IMG/VR virus record: IMGVR_UViG_3300049198_000021
Span: 1-64,000 of that record
DNA: 64,000 nt
Direction: 5' to 3' (one strand)
Origin: a virus
Lineage: Duplodnaviria > Caudoviricetes
Below are positions 15,377 through 26,122 of this stretch, piece by piece; the stretch's first letter is position 1, and each line of letters opens with the position of its first letter. The position numbers and the translations under genes are program-made. Below the pieces are notes generated by a model. It was given only the letters and a program-made list of their open reading frames with translations. It made no database searches and had not been told where the DNA came from.

Positions 15377-16141
15377 TCAGAGAGACAACCACCCGTCGTC
15401 GTCGAGAATATTGGGGTCTTCCAGCGCCATCTCTACCCGGCCCAGCGTCTCCGCCCAGTCGTGATGCATGGTGCCAAAGCCCAGTGGGAAGGTCTCGCAC
15501 TTCGGGACGACGTAATCGATCCAGCCCCGGTCACGCTCGACCTTACCCTTAAAGCCGTGCTTCTTCTCCAGCGCCTTGAGTTCCTTGCGGTAGGGACAGA
15601 CAGATGTGGACGCCTTGGGCTTTATGGCGGTCGAGGGAATCACGATGCGGTTATCTACCGTAAGTTCGTGAACGCTCTGAACCCGCGCCCGGCGATTTGC
15701 CCGCTTGTCTGTGATGGAGATGATCTCCTTGACGATCCCGCAGCAGAAGCGTCGGCCTGTGATGATCTGCCAATGATTACCGGCGTCTACGAGGAACACC
15801 CGTCCGGCTGTTCGGATGTCTTGTGTGTCCTTGAGCCATTGCGTGATGGTAGGACGATCTTCGATGTAGCTTCCAAGCAGGATTCCGGAATGCGGATCGC
15901 GCTTGGTCATGCGCTTTGCTTGGCCCCGTTTGATCCGGAGCGGCTTCATTGTGACGCCACAGTTTTTGAAGGCCCGCATCATCTGACCTGTTGTTGTTCC
16001 TTTGATGGATGCCTTGCCGCTGAGGAATCGGAGGAGACGGGCTGCCTCCCCTGTTGTCATTCCCGTAATGATCGAGAGAGCGGCCGGACCGCAATAGCGG
16101 TTGTTGTCTCCCGTGGCGTTCTTAACCGGATGAATTTTCAC
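15377..16141 (-). CDS. hypothetical protein (peptidase C39-like YCGPAAL..H fold possible)
   Basis: YCGPAALS, GNHW; headed by a repeat. Confidence 0.7.
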   Translation of the reverse strand: MKIHPVKNATGDNNRYCGPAALSIITGMTTGEAARLLRFLSGKASIKGTTTGQMMRAFKNCGVTMKPLRIKRGQAKRMTKRDPHSGILLGSYIEDRPTITQWLKDTQDIRTAGRVFLVDAGNHWQIITGRRFCCGIVKEIISITDKRANRRARVQSVHELTVDNRIVIPSTAIKPKASTSVCPYRKELKALEKKHGFKGKVERDRGWIDYVVPKCETFPLGFGTMHHDWAETLGRVEMALEDPNILDDDGWLSL

Positions 16142-16214
16142 AGACTTGTCTCCTGATTCGCTGTTGACTACGAATCAGCTTATAGGACAAATCTTCCGGT
16201 TTGTCAAATCGTCG

Positions 16215-16478
16215 TTAGTCGGGCTTCCGGTCGCGGAACTGGTAGCGGCCCTTCGTGTCCCGCTGCTCCGCGTCCCGGATGATCCGGGCGGCTTCACGCT
16301 CGCGACGGACAGTCCGGTTCGAGTATACGGTATCACGCGAACGATCCCGATCGGCTTTGTCGGTCCGCTCAGAGCGCTCAGAACGTCGATCCGGCTCCTG
16401 AGCTACCACAGGGGACGCGAAGACAGGCAAGGCAGCACACAGCAGCGCAGCGGCTATCAGGGGGTGGTTCATATTCAT
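16215..16478 (-). CDS. small secreted Arg-rich protein
   Basis: signal peptide LIAAALLCAALPVFA; AGGAG RBS. Confidence 0.6.
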   Translation of the reverse strand: MNMNHPLIAAALLCAALPVFASPVVAQEPDRRSERSERTDKADRDRSRDTVYSNRTVRREREAARIIRDAEQRDTKGRYQFRDRKPD

Positions 16479-16495
16479 GGGACTCTCTCCTCTAG

Positions 16496-17452
16496 TTACC
16501 AGCCGAAGTTTTCGGCACAAATCGGGCCCATTGCCCGGTCGATGGATTCGTTACGGGTTAGCTTACGGGCACAGATCGAGCAAGTGCCCGTCCGCTGTCC
16601 GTAGGCTTTAGCAGCAGCCGCCGGGTCCATGGCAGCAGCGATAATACGCTCCTGCTCTTCCGGGCTGCACTTGAAGCTCTTGACGAAGCGTCCGTCAACG
16701 ATCTTCCCGAGATAGCGGCGCTCACCGGCGTCGTCTTTCTCGATCGTCTTGACGTAGATCGCACCGGCGTTGGCACCGGTCCGGACCTTCGAAAAGATGA
16801 ATGCGTCGAGACGCATCTTCGGGAACTTGATGTCCCGATCGATCGCCGAAGCGAATGCCTGTTCGATCTTGTCGAGCGACTGACCGGAGATGTCCGGAGC
16901 CCGCTCGGCGATCTGACGGCGTTCTTCTTCGCGGCTGGCGTCTTGCGCCATACAGCGACGAACGGCGGCAAGCTGGCGTTCGGTGAGGAAGCCATACTTC
17001 AAGACCGTCTGGGTCATCTCGAACGCAAAGCCAAAGCCGCGCTTGGTTGCTTCCACCATCCACTGAGTTTCCGGCGTGTGGTCGTCGAACCACATAGCAG
17101 CCTTCTCGGATGTCTCCTTGGCCTTACGCTCGGCCGCCGTGGCACGCTGCTCAGCAGCCTTGGCCCGATCTTCGGGCGAGGTCTTGAAGGTGACCTTACC
17201 AGTCCCCTTGCAGTGGAAGCAAGGACCAACCGGGCGACCGGCGTAGCTGATGAAGCGACCAGAGCCCAGACACTTCGGGCAGGTTTCCTCATATACGAGG
17301 CCGCCGGTCTTGGGCTCCTGACGGGCCTGCAAAAGGTGGTTGAACACAAAATCGGCATCAGCCGACGGCTTAGGCTCGAAGTCACCAAACAAGTCGGTGA
17401 GATCGTCGTCGAGACGTTCGTCGTGGTCTGGGTTCTTACAGATGCTGCACAT
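16496..17452 (-). CDS. DUF6011-like protein with DnaJ-type zinc finger
   Basis: CPKCLGSG..CFHCKGTG; C-terminal CSICARKLT..ESI.RAMGPICA. Confidence 0.8.
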   Translation of the reverse strand: MCSICKNPDHDERLDDDLTDLFGDFEPKPSADADFVFNHLLQARQEPKTGGLVYEETCPKCLGSGRFISYAGRPVGPCFHCKGTGKVTFKTSPEDRAKAAEQRATAAERKAKETSEKAAMWFDDHTPETQWMVEATKRGFGFAFEMTQTVLKYGFLTERQLAAVRRCMAQDASREEERRQIAERAPDISGQSLDKIEQAFASAIDRDIKFPKMRLDAFIFSKVRTGANAGAIYVKTIEKDDAGERRYLGKIVDGRFVKSFKCSPEEQERIIAAAMDPAAAAKAYGQRTGTCSICARKLTRNESIDRAMGPICAENFGW

Positions 17453-17573
17453 GGTGTGTCTCCGATTCGTTGTCTATGCGAATCGGTTTAGACACACCAT
17501 GTGATTTGGTCAACTACTTTTTCCATGAGTCGGCAAAGCCGACTCATCTACCAGTTTTTCCACCCCTACCGCG

Positions 17574-19040
17574 TCACTCCTGATAGATGCGACGCCAGTA
17601 GGCAGCGTTTTCCCGCACTTCGGCCCAGTTCTGGGTGTTGTGGAGCATCCCGTTCGAATAGATCAGGACCATCTGATCGTGTCGTCCGTTGAGGTCACGC
17701 TGGTTGATCGTCTGGAGCTTGTCAGTGCCCTCAGGAGAGATCACCGCAAAGCGCCCGGCTTTGGATGCCTTGGTAGGGTCGGTTGCGACTTCCTTACGGA
17801 CATCGCGGGGCATCCCAGCGATCTGGACATAAGAAGTCTTCATGGCGAACCGGTGAGTGTCACGTTCCGCTTCGTGGACCAGCAACCCACCGCCCGAACC
17901 GAACACCAGATTGTCCACCGACCACTTGTGGTAGGTCACACGCTGGAGGATTCGGCGCAAGCTGTCCTCGTTGATGCCGTCACCTTGAATGAGGCGGACG
18001 TAATCAGGAAGGACCCGGTAGCCCTTATCGTTCACAGTCCAGCCGACAAGCCGTCCAATCAAATCAAGGCAGTGGACCACGTTGATGATCGGATCACCGG
18101 AGTCAGGCCGCACCACCAACCGCATGTTGGACGCCTTGAGCCGTTCAAGCAGGCCACCCTCGCTGGCGGGCTTGAGCCACATACCGATAGCGGTGTCCTG
18201 ATCGTAGGTGTCGATCACCACGGAGACAGGGTAGCGCCCGCCGCCGGGGAACTGCTTGTCACCGTGGACTTCCAGAATGCGCTCGAAGAACGCCATCTCG
18301 TTCTCCCGTCCCCACGACGTGGTGACCGAGTGTTCGGTGGCTGGGATCGAGAACCCCGGCATTCCGTCGAACTGATAGGCGTGCTTGGCAAAGCGGATGC
18401 CCATCAGGTTGTCGGTCACCTGAAAGTTCACGAGGTGTGCCATACCGCCGATCGCAGCAGCTTCGGTCGATTGTGCGCCACGAGCGCCAAAATCCACCAT
18501 CAGCCAGTCAGCCAGTTCCGGCGTTCCGCTCTCGGTCAGATAACGTTCGAGAAGGTTGTGCCAGCGCATCGAGCGAGTCGCGATGGTGGTCGGATACCAG
18601 ACAGCACGAAGCAGCATAGTTTCGACATAGGCAGCGATTCCGGCGCATTCGTCGTCGGTGGATTCCACCGTCACCAGAACGGTTCCCTGATCAACCACAG
18701 TCCCTTCGGGCAAGGCTCGGACGATGACCGGCAAATAGCCATCGTGGACAGCCACGATCCGTTCCCAGAGCGCCCGGTTGAACGGGATGCCGTGAGCGGT
18801 GAGTTCCGCTTCGGCTTCGTCGATCATTGCCGTCGTCACCTGCTGCATCAGGTAATAACGTAGCGCATATTGCAGACCGAAGAACTGGACGTTGGTGAAG
18901 GCACCACCCTTACGGGCTTCGATATATCCGTAGCTCTTCTCGAACTCAGGGTGTTCAAACGTCCAGTGAGTCGCCTTGTAGGTGTCGGCGTTGAGGATCG
19001 GCTGGGTCAGCAGCGTCCCAAGGTCATTGATGAAATTCAT
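17574..19040 (-). CDS. nadV: nicotinamide phosphoribosyltransferase (Nampt)
   Basis: ADTYKATH, FFGLQY, WYPTTIAT, DFGARG, PATEHS, VSVVIDTYD, RPDSGDP, QGDGI, FGSGGGLL. Confidence 0.95.
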   Translation of the reverse strand: MNFINDLGTLLTQPILNADTYKATHWTFEHPEFEKSYGYIEARKGGAFTNVQFFGLQYALRYYLMQQVTTAMIDEAEAELTAHGIPFNRALWERIVAVHDGYLPVIVRALPEGTVVDQGTVLVTVESTDDECAGIAAYVETMLLRAVWYPTTIATRSMRWHNLLERYLTESGTPELADWLMVDFGARGAQSTEAAAIGGMAHLVNFQVTDNLMGIRFAKHAYQFDGMPGFSIPATEHSVTTSWGRENEMAFFERILEVHGDKQFPGGGRYPVSVVIDTYDQDTAIGMWLKPASEGGLLERLKASNMRLVVRPDSGDPIINVVHCLDLIGRLVGWTVNDKGYRVLPDYVRLIQGDGINEDSLRRILQRVTYHKWSVDNLVFGSGGGLLVHEAERDTHRFAMKTSYVQIAGMPRDVRKEVATDPTKASKAGRFAVISPEGTDKLQTINQRDLNGRHDQMVLIYSNGMLHNTQNWAEVRENAAYWRRIYQE

Positions 19041-19228
19041 TATTCGATCTCCACGCAGTGAGTGCAGGCAGCAACTTCCGGAAGTCCTCTCATGTCCACT
19101 TCAATGTGGAGAGCTACTTTCGTCCCGTCGGTGAACAAGAACTCGATGTTGTTACAAGATTCAGCGTCAATTTTTTCAATCGTTTTACCGATGAAAAGAT
19201 CGGTCGCCTTGTGAAGCGGAATTTCCAC
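19040..19228 (-). CDS. hypothetical protein
   Basis: coupled ORF between the NAD genes. Confidence 0.55.
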   Translation of the reverse strand: MEIPLHKATDLFIGKTIEKIDAESCNNIEFLFTDGTKVALHIEVDMRGLPEVAACTHCVEIE

Positions 19229-19231
19229 CGG

Positions 19232-20317
19232 TCAGAGGACCGAGTTGAAACGAGTGGAGAAGTGATCGATGACGTTGAAGTGATCTTCGAACATCATCTC
19301 GCGGGTGACTTCCTCGATCGGCCACCAGCGTGCGGCGCTGGCATCGTCCTGACCACGCACCAGAGGCAGTTGAGTGCCAAGCGAGGTAAGGTCGAAACCG
19401 TAGGCCACCGAGATCGTCCGCTTGCGGGTTGAGCGCCACGGGTTGTCCAACAACTTCTCGCCCTTACAGGCAAGCGCAAGGATCGCCGGGTTGACATCGA
19501 TGTCAGTCTCTTCGATCAGTTCACGAAGCGCCGCCCGTTCGAAAGTCTCGTCGATCCCGACGTGACCGCCGGGCAAGGCCCATAGGCCCTCGCCCGGCAT
19601 CTGGCCGCGCCGGACCAGCAAGACGTGCCCCGCCATGATCACGCAGGCATCGGCGGCCGTGAAGTAGCGCGGATAGGGCGACTGCGAGAACTGGCCGAGG
19701 TAATCTTCCATGAAATGGTATTCCCGGCGCATCTGGTTGAAGCGCTCGGTGCTGACCCATTCCCGGAGAAAGCTGAAAGTCCCGCGAGGGAAGATCGTCT
19801 CACCCGTCTGCTGCTGGAACCGGACAAGCATCTCCACCGCATTGTCTTCCTCGGGGATGTCGTAGAGAATCTTCCGCAGCTTGGTTGCGTCCAGCGTCCC
19901 ATGCAGTTCCGGGCTGGTAGGTGTAACGCTGATCGATTCCCACTGAGGGAACAGGGTGAGGTAGTAGGACGACCCATCCTTCGAGTAGCCGATCAGGGCG
20001 ATCTCCGGATCAGGGATCGAGATCGCCTTGGCCTGATCGGTTACGCACTTCTGGACGGCCGCCACCCAGCGGTTGTCGTTCTCCTGATCCGGGATGCCGA
20101 GGATGAACACACGGTCCTGCTCAGTGGGAGTCAGGCTGGCCCGGATCATTTCACGCACCTCTTCGAAGGTGAAGGGGTTGCGGAAGTTGATGGGCTCACC
20201 GACCGAACCGACGATGATGAAAAGATATTGGGCCTTCTGGAGAGCCTGCTTGACCACAGTCATGTGACCGGCGTGGAAGGGCCGCATACGCCCGGCGAAA
20301 ACACAGATGTCATACAT
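19232..20317 (-). CDS. nadM: bifunctional NMN adenylyltransferase/ADP-ribose pyrophosphatase (NadM-Nudix)
   Basis: GRMRPFHAGH, RNPFT, KDGSSYYL; Nudix box ALPGG.....ETFERAALRELIEET. Confidence 0.93.
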   Translation of the reverse strand: MYDICVFAGRMRPFHAGHMTVVKQALQKAQYLFIIVGSVGEPINFRNPFTFEEVREMIRASLTPTEQDRVFILGIPDQENDNRWVAAVQKCVTDQAKAISIPDPEIALIGYSKDGSSYYLTLFPQWESISVTPTSPELHGTLDATKLRKILYDIPEEDNAVEMLVRFQQQTGETIFPRGTFSFLREWVSTERFNQMRREYHFMEDYLGQFSQSPYPRYFTAADACVIMAGHVLLVRRGQMPGEGLWALPGGHVGIDETFERAALRELIEETDIDVNPAILALACKGEKLLDNPWRSTRKRTISVAYGFDLTSLGTQLPLVRGQDDASAARWWPIEEVTREMMFEDHFNVIDHFSTRFNSVL

Positions 20318-20329
20318 AGAGAAATCTCC

Positions 20330-22686
20330 TCAATCGGTGGGCATGATGTTGATTTGGATGTCGAAGAACTCCAGCTTTGCAGCCAGCGATCGCAGGGCAG
20401 CCCGTGCCTCTTTGATCATCGCCAGTTCTTCCGGCATATGAATTTGGTAGTGGTATACCCACGAGGAGTTCTCCACCGACAGCCGCAGGATCAGCCGCTC
20501 CAGATCGGTGAAGGGATCGCTGAGGCAGTTCGCATAAGCGTATTCGAACATACCCTCGCAGCAAGCGTTGATGGCTGCCGGCTGGTAACCAGCTTCCAGA
20601 AGGATGAAAAGCGGGTCCGACGGATCGTCCACACCTTCCCGGAAAGCGTGATCACCGATTTGGGCAAAGCCCCACATCAAGGCTTCCGCCTCTTTGTCCG
20701 TGATCGGGACCCGCGTGATGACCGGGGCGTTCAACGGCCTTCATCCCGCTGGCCCATGTAATCTTCGAGGGCATAGCAGATGTTCCATGCCGAGTGGTTG
20801 GCCGACTGATCCACCGATTCACGGAACCGGGCATAGGCTTCGTCCACCGACTCATACATCTTGGCGGTGTCCTTGTAGTAGCCTGCCCGCACGCGCCCGT
20901 CGTCGAAAAGCTCGACATAGGCGTGTCCGATCTTGCTGGTTTTGTCGAGGATCACTCGACCAGTGCCGACTTCGTTCATGATGCTTTGCTCCGGATAAGC
21001 GGATGGGCGTAGGGAGCCTCCGCGTGGTGTTGATAGAATAGGACCGGGTGTCCGAAGGTGTCATCCCGGCGGCCTACGGTTTGGCGTGCTTGTTCACCGT
21101 CGCCAATGGCATTCCAAGCTGATACGCAGCCGTTCGCCATGACTGAGAGAGCCCCGGCGCAGAAGGCCGTGTTGTCGTCGTCCGGCCCATGATCTCGGCA
21201 ATGACAGGCAGGCACCTCGTTGTTCATCACCGCGTCGGTGTAGAACTCTGGGGTGAATCCTCCTAGCCAGCCAGCCGGGGCTTCCTTCCGCCACGGACAT
21301 TCGTTGCAGGGTGTGGTGTGGTGGAGCTTCATGGGAGAAGGTCCATCGTTCGCGGTGAATCGGCCGGGCGGGCGAACTGGCGGGTGACTTGCCCGTCCTC
21401 AACAAGCTGACCGTAGAACACGCCGCGATCGGCGCGGTTCATTGCATAAGCAGAAAGGGCGCGGGTTCGGTCACCGTAGGTGACGGTGCTGGCTCCGTGG
21501 ATGGTGACATCGGTGACTTGGTATTGACCCATGTTACTTCCTTTTCAGCCCGAGGAGTTCGATTTCTTCGTCGGTGAGCTTCGCAAGCGCCTGTTCGCGG
21601 CGCTTCTGCTTCGTCTTGATCAGATCGAGCCCGATCGCGAGGGCGAAAGGCGCAACCCGGTCGAGAAGGTAGACCTCATCATCAGCGAACCAAACAGCCT
21701 TGCGCTGCTCGACATTACCAGCGCCGCCGTAAAATCCGCGTCCGGCGGCCGCCATGGTAGCTGCCTGCTTTGTTCGGAACACCCCAATGAAGGGCCCGTT
21801 CCGGCCGCGATCGTCATCGGATTCGAAGGCGGCCCATATGTCGATGATGTTTCCGGTCATACGCGGATCATCCCCAGCGAGCGTGCATCGTCGGTGTATT
21901 CAGCGAGCGTCTTCTTTGCCTTGAAGTGAGCATCGCGCTCAACCTTGAGACCGAAGCGACCACGAACGGTCCGGAGTTCGTCGAGGCTGACGTAGCCGAG
22001 TTCCGGCGAACCGTGCCCGAGATCGCAGAGGCCGAAAAGCGTGTCGCCATCGTCCGCGATCTCAGTGATGAGCCACGTCGCGCCGCCGCCGGGCATGAAG
22101 AATTTCACGACGGGCTCAAAGGCAGAGCCGTCGGCACCGGTAGCGGACTTGCTACCATTCGCTTTGAGCTTGGTCATCTGTTCGGCGAGGATCAGTTTCT
22201 GGGCCATGTTGTTGTCTCCTGTGTTGTTGCTGTGCGAATCAGATAGGACAATTCTTCCTACTCGTCAACCGTCTTTTACGGCTCCATTTCCGACGGGAGA
22301 TTTTCGAGGACTTCCCCAACCGCCGGGATTTCGATGACCGGGACTTCGACAGTCAGTTCGTGAAGGACATCAATGTCGCAGTCAGCAGCATCCTGCCACT
22401 GGCTGATCCAGTCACGGGCCGCCTCACCACGATCGCTTTCCTGCCAGCGTTCCGACTTGTCATCGAACTCGCTCTCACGCTCCGAAGCGATGTCCTCGAC
22501 GAAACCACGGATTTCCTCCACGACTTCGTTGTAAGGCGAGAACGCCTCATTGATCACCGCGTAGGCATCTTCGATGACGCCAAGCTGGGCCGAGGTCACT
22601 TCATCCAGCGTATCCCGCGCCTGAGTCATCTTCTCCAGAAGCGCTTCGCGGCGAGCCTCTTCGGCGCGTGTGAGTTTGAATGCCAT
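20330..22686 (-). other. block of small hypothetical CDSs (20330-20734, 20731-20979, 20976-21332, 21329-21532, 21534-21860, 22276-22686)
   Basis: overlapping start/stop codons and consistent codon usage. Confidence 0.7.
21857..22207 (-). CDS. DUF2958 family protein
   Basis: PVVKFF.PGGGATWLITE...LFGLCDLG.G.PELGYVSL.EL...ERD.HF. Confidence 0.88.
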   Translation of the reverse strand: MAQKLILAEQMTKLKANGSKSATGADGSAFEPVVKFFMPGGGATWLITEIADDGDTLFGLCDLGHGSPELGYVSLDELRTVRGRFGLKVERDAHFKAKKTLAEYTDDARSLGMIRV

Positions 22687-22741
22687 CTGTCTGTCTCCTG
22701 TTGTTTCCGATGGGTTCGAGTAGGATGATTCTTCCGGTTCG

Positions 22742-23155
22742 TCAACCGAAAAGATTCAACCCTTCCAGTGCCAGCTTGCACCGGCTCTTTCGGCCGAACA
22801 CATAGGAACAGGTGTCGATCGGGAGCGTCTTGATCACATGCCCATCCCGGATAGGGTAGGTCGGGTCGTGGACAATAGCCGAGACGAGACCAAGACCGCT
22901 TGCGATCGCAGTCCGGGTGAGCATCTGCATGTGGGTGCATCCCAGAACAATGCAGGTGCCGAACCCGTGTGCTTCCCCATACCACTCCGCGAAGTGCTTC
23001 CCGAAGCCGTCAGGGTCCTTATCAGCCCGGATCACGGCCTTGCCGATGAACTGGGTGCCGGCGTGGTTGGATTGCGCCATCGCTTTGCCCGGCACGTAGT
23101 CAGGCACATCGGTCCGCATCAGGACGTAGAGAATCATTGGGTCGTCGGTGGTCAA
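22742..23155 (-). CDS. peptidyl-tRNA hydrolase type 2 (PTH2)-like protein
   Basis: LYVLMRTD....PGKAMAQ..HA; IVL; IVHD...T. Confidence 0.7.
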   Translation of the reverse strand: MTTDDPMILYVLMRTDVPDYVPGKAMAQSNHAGTQFIGKAVIRADKDPDGFGKHFAEWYGEAHGFGTCIVLGCTHMQMLTRTAIASGLGLVSAIVHDPTYPIRDGHVIKTLPIDTCSYVFGRKSRCKLALEGLNLFG

Positions 23156-24399
23156 TTTTTGTTCCTCGCGGTTGCGTCATAGGAGGCGGGTCGTCGGCTA
23201 TCTTTCATCAAGATGATACCGTGTTTCGCTGACTCCGTCATGGTGTCGTAAGAGTCGATCTGGGCTCCAACCGTCAGGCCGTCAAACATGGCCGTAGCAG
23301 ACCATCGATAGCAATCAGAGTGGCTGTTGGTTCGGTAAAACCCGGTGGCGATTTGGAAGCCCTTGATGGGATCAACAGTAACGATGTGGCCGTGCTGAGC
23401 CAGCATCGCTTGCTCGATCACTTTAGCAAGCTTCTGTCGGAGACGACTCATTCGGGCGTCGGCTTGCGATCGAACTCGTCGATCACCCCATCCCATTCAC
23501 CTTCGCTGGTGACGGTGCCGAACAGGCCATAGACGTTCGTCTCGGACTCGTTGGCCTTGTTGAAATAAGCCTCGGCCTTGTCGCGATTCTCGGTCAGATA
23601 GCTCATCTTGCCGCCTTGGGCGGTTTCGACATCAACGCGGTAGTCAGTCTTGGGCTCGGTCATGTGGTTCCTTTCGTGTTGCTCTGCGAATCAGATAGGA
23701 CGAATCTTCCGTGTCGTCAAACTCTTTCTAGCAGCAAAAAGCCCGGCTGTTTAGGCCGGGCTTTCCGCTGATTCAGCGAGTTTGCCGTTCGCTTTTTATG
23801 CACCTTGAGAGTGCAATTCTCGAATTAGCAGTGATGTGTTTAGCTGTCAATCACCTACAGGTGGACAATACGCGCTTCCGGTCCGGAGAGTCGTGTTTCG
23901 ACTGATTCCCGGAACCACCGGTGGTTAGTTTCCCGCATGATCTCGCTGGCATAACACTGCTCCCGCCGGTATTGGTCAGTCACGAAGATCAGATCGAAGC
24001 GGCTCCCGAAGCGTTGTCCCGGTGAGACCACCGCTACCTTCTTGTCCGGCACTTGACGCCGGAGGTATTCCGCTTCCATCGCGGTGGCTACGACGAAAAG
24101 GATTTTCATGCCGATCGAGCCTCCTTGAAAGACATGGCATTGTCGAGGATCATCAACACCCCCGGATCGACTGCAATCCACGCTCGTGCGCCACACGCCA
24201 GTTGGGTCCCATCATGGACAGCCCGGCTGGCCCCATTCCACGTCACCTCTTGTGCGTAGATGGCGGTGGAGTTGGGTCCATTTGGCTTGATCGTGTAGAC
24301 CGGGCGGCGACCGCCATCCTTCGCGTTCATGGCAATGAATTGCCGATTGACGTGGATGATGGCCCCCTTCGGCCCGGCTGTAATATCTCTTACCATCAT
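23152..24399 (-). other. small hypothetical CDSs (23152-23496, 23448-23663, 23855-24109, 24106-24399)
   Basis: ORF chain. Confidence 0.65.
23736..23815 (-). ncRNA. candidate ~80-nt sRNA
   Basis: TTGACA(23850)-17-TAATTC promoter, hairpins, terminator GCCCGGC-CTAAACA-GCCGGGC-TTTTT, no ORF. Confidence 0.5.
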
Positions 24400-25652
24400 G
24401 AAGCTTCCAAGATCATGGCGCGCATCTCTGCCCCGGACATGGTGGTGTCGTTCGAGACGTTGAAGTCGGCCGGGTTGCGATTGAACATACGGGCCATCCG
24501 GAGAAAGTCTTCGTAGCTCAGCTTGCCCAATTCGATCGTGTGATCGAAGCGTCCGGGGCGGATCAGGGCCGGGTCGAGTCGCTCGTGATGGTTGGTCGTA
24601 GCGATGACCACAAGCCCGTCAGGGCACAGGATACCATCGAGAACGTTCAGGAGAGCCGAGAGACTGATCGGGCTCTTCTCCTCGCTCTTCCCTTTCGCCT
24701 TCTTGGTGTCGCTCTTCTGGGCGTCCCGATTAACCTTAACCCCAGCGGCGTCGATGTCCTCGATCGCCAGCAGAATTTTCGACCAGTCACGGGTGCCGCT
24801 GAGCAGCTTGGTCAATTGCTTGTCGGCTTCCACAGACCCCAAGTTGAGGTAGTAGATCGATCGCTCGGTCTCAGTAGCCACGGCGTGGATCAGGCTCGAC
24901 TTCCCGCAGCCGGGCTCGCCGTGAAGCATGATGCCCATGTGGTGCGGAAGTCCCAAACGGTGGTGTTCTTCCTTCTTGGCTTCGAACTCCCGGATAGCCC
25001 CGATAACCCGCTCGCCGGCGTTGTTGGCGGTGAACACGCTGTCGATCCGGCGGAGCGGGAGCTTGCCCATCTTCGACCAATAGTCGTCGGAATTGATGTG
25101 GATCGGGACGTTCTCGAAGCCGCCGACGTTGGTTCCGGCTGCTCGTGCGATCTCTTCGGCGAACCGATAGACGGTCTTCTTCGAGCGGGTCAGGAACGTC
25201 ACAACGGTGTGTTCCTTGAACTTCGTGGTGTTCGAGGATTCATCGACGAAGCGGTGGACGAGGACCGGGCGGCCTTTGTAGATGCCCAAGTGCGTGCCGT
25301 AACCAGCGGTCAGGCCACGGTGCTTGGCGACCTCACGCCATTTTTCCTCATCGAAGCCGGTCTCGGTCTGGAACACGAAGTTGCGGCTGAAAGTGTCCCG
25401 GATCACGCTGGATGTGATGAACCGCGAGATCGCTTCGTAGTCTGGCGAATCCGAGTTGTAACGCATGTCGATGGTGGTCAGCTTCTTGATCACCGACCAG
25501 AGCTTACCGGGGATGGATTTCCCCCAAGTGATGATCCCCATGACAATACCAGCCACGATCGCGCCTTGGCTGAACTGGTTGGAGTTCAACTGTTCCTTGA
25601 CGAATGCCCAGAGGTTACCGTCTTGAGTGATGGAGAAAATATCTTGGAACAT
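24396..25652 (-). CDS. BCS1-like AAA+ ATPase
   Basis: N-terminal TM, GEPGCGKSS, IEDID, LSALLNVLDG, TTNH.ERLDPALIRPGRFD. Confidence 0.9.
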   Translation of the reverse strand: MFQDIFSITQDGNLWAFVKEQLNSNQFSQGAIVAGIVMGIITWGKSIPGKLWSVIKKLTTIDMRYNSDSPDYEAISRFITSSVIRDTFSRNFVFQTETGFDEEKWREVAKHRGLTAGYGTHLGIYKGRPVLVHRFVDESSNTTKFKEHTVVTFLTRSKKTVYRFAEEIARAAGTNVGGFENVPIHINSDDYWSKMGKLPLRRIDSVFTANNAGERVIGAIREFEAKKEEHHRLGLPHHMGIMLHGEPGCGKSSLIHAVATETERSIYYLNLGSVEADKQLTKLLSGTRDWSKILLAIEDIDAAGVKVNRDAQKSDTKKAKGKSEEKSPISLSALLNVLDGILCPDGLVVIATTNHHERLDPALIRPGRFDHTIELGKLSYEDFLRMARMFNRNPADFNVSNDTTMSGAEMRAMILEAS

Positions 25653-25654
25653 GC

Positions 25655-26122
25655 TTATCCCCAGCGCTTTGCAGCGAGAAATGGATCGGTGTCGTCGTCG
25701 TAAAGCGTGCGCTCGATGCCCATCTTGCGGGCCTTGCGGATGCAGTCAGTTGTTCCGGTTCCGCCGGGGAATCCCAGCAGAAGTTCAGGCTTGAAGTCTT
25801 CCAACATGACGCCGTTCCGGATCACACCCGCTTGGATTCCGATCGTATCCCAGTCCGCCACGTAGCGACGGTAGCTGATCATGTTCTCCTCGGCCCACTC
25901 CTTGACGATGGCGTCAAGTCCGGTAGCGCAGCCCACACCGATCTCGCGGATGCCGCCTTCGTAACGGTGAATCCGATTCAACCGCTCGTAGGTGAGCTTG
26001 GTCTCGTTGTAGGTGCGGCCGCCGGTAACGCAGATACGTTGGCCCGGTTCCTCCAAACTAGGTGTCTGCCAGATTTCCAACCGCTGGATGTCCGGCAAGA
26101 TTGCATATTCCAGTTCGATCAC
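25655..26122 (-). CDS. SLOG/DUF2493 (YspA-like) protein
   Basis: RICVTGGR.Y, GCATGLD, ADW...G..AG..RN..M, FPGG.GT. Confidence 0.85.
   Translation of the reverse strand: MIELEYAILPDIQRLEIWQTPSLEEPGQRICVTGGRTYNETKLTYERLNRIHRYEGGIREIGVGCATGLDAIVKEWAEENMISYRRYVADWDTIGIQAGVIRNGVMLEDFKPELLLGFPGGTGTTDCIRKARKMGIERTLYDDDTDPFLAAKRWG

Noticed and set aside
23761-23792. c-di-GMP-I riboswitch (GGCAAAC...AAAGCC on the minus strand)
   Set aside because: Lacks the GAAA tetraloop/GACGC core and proper P1-P2 layout.
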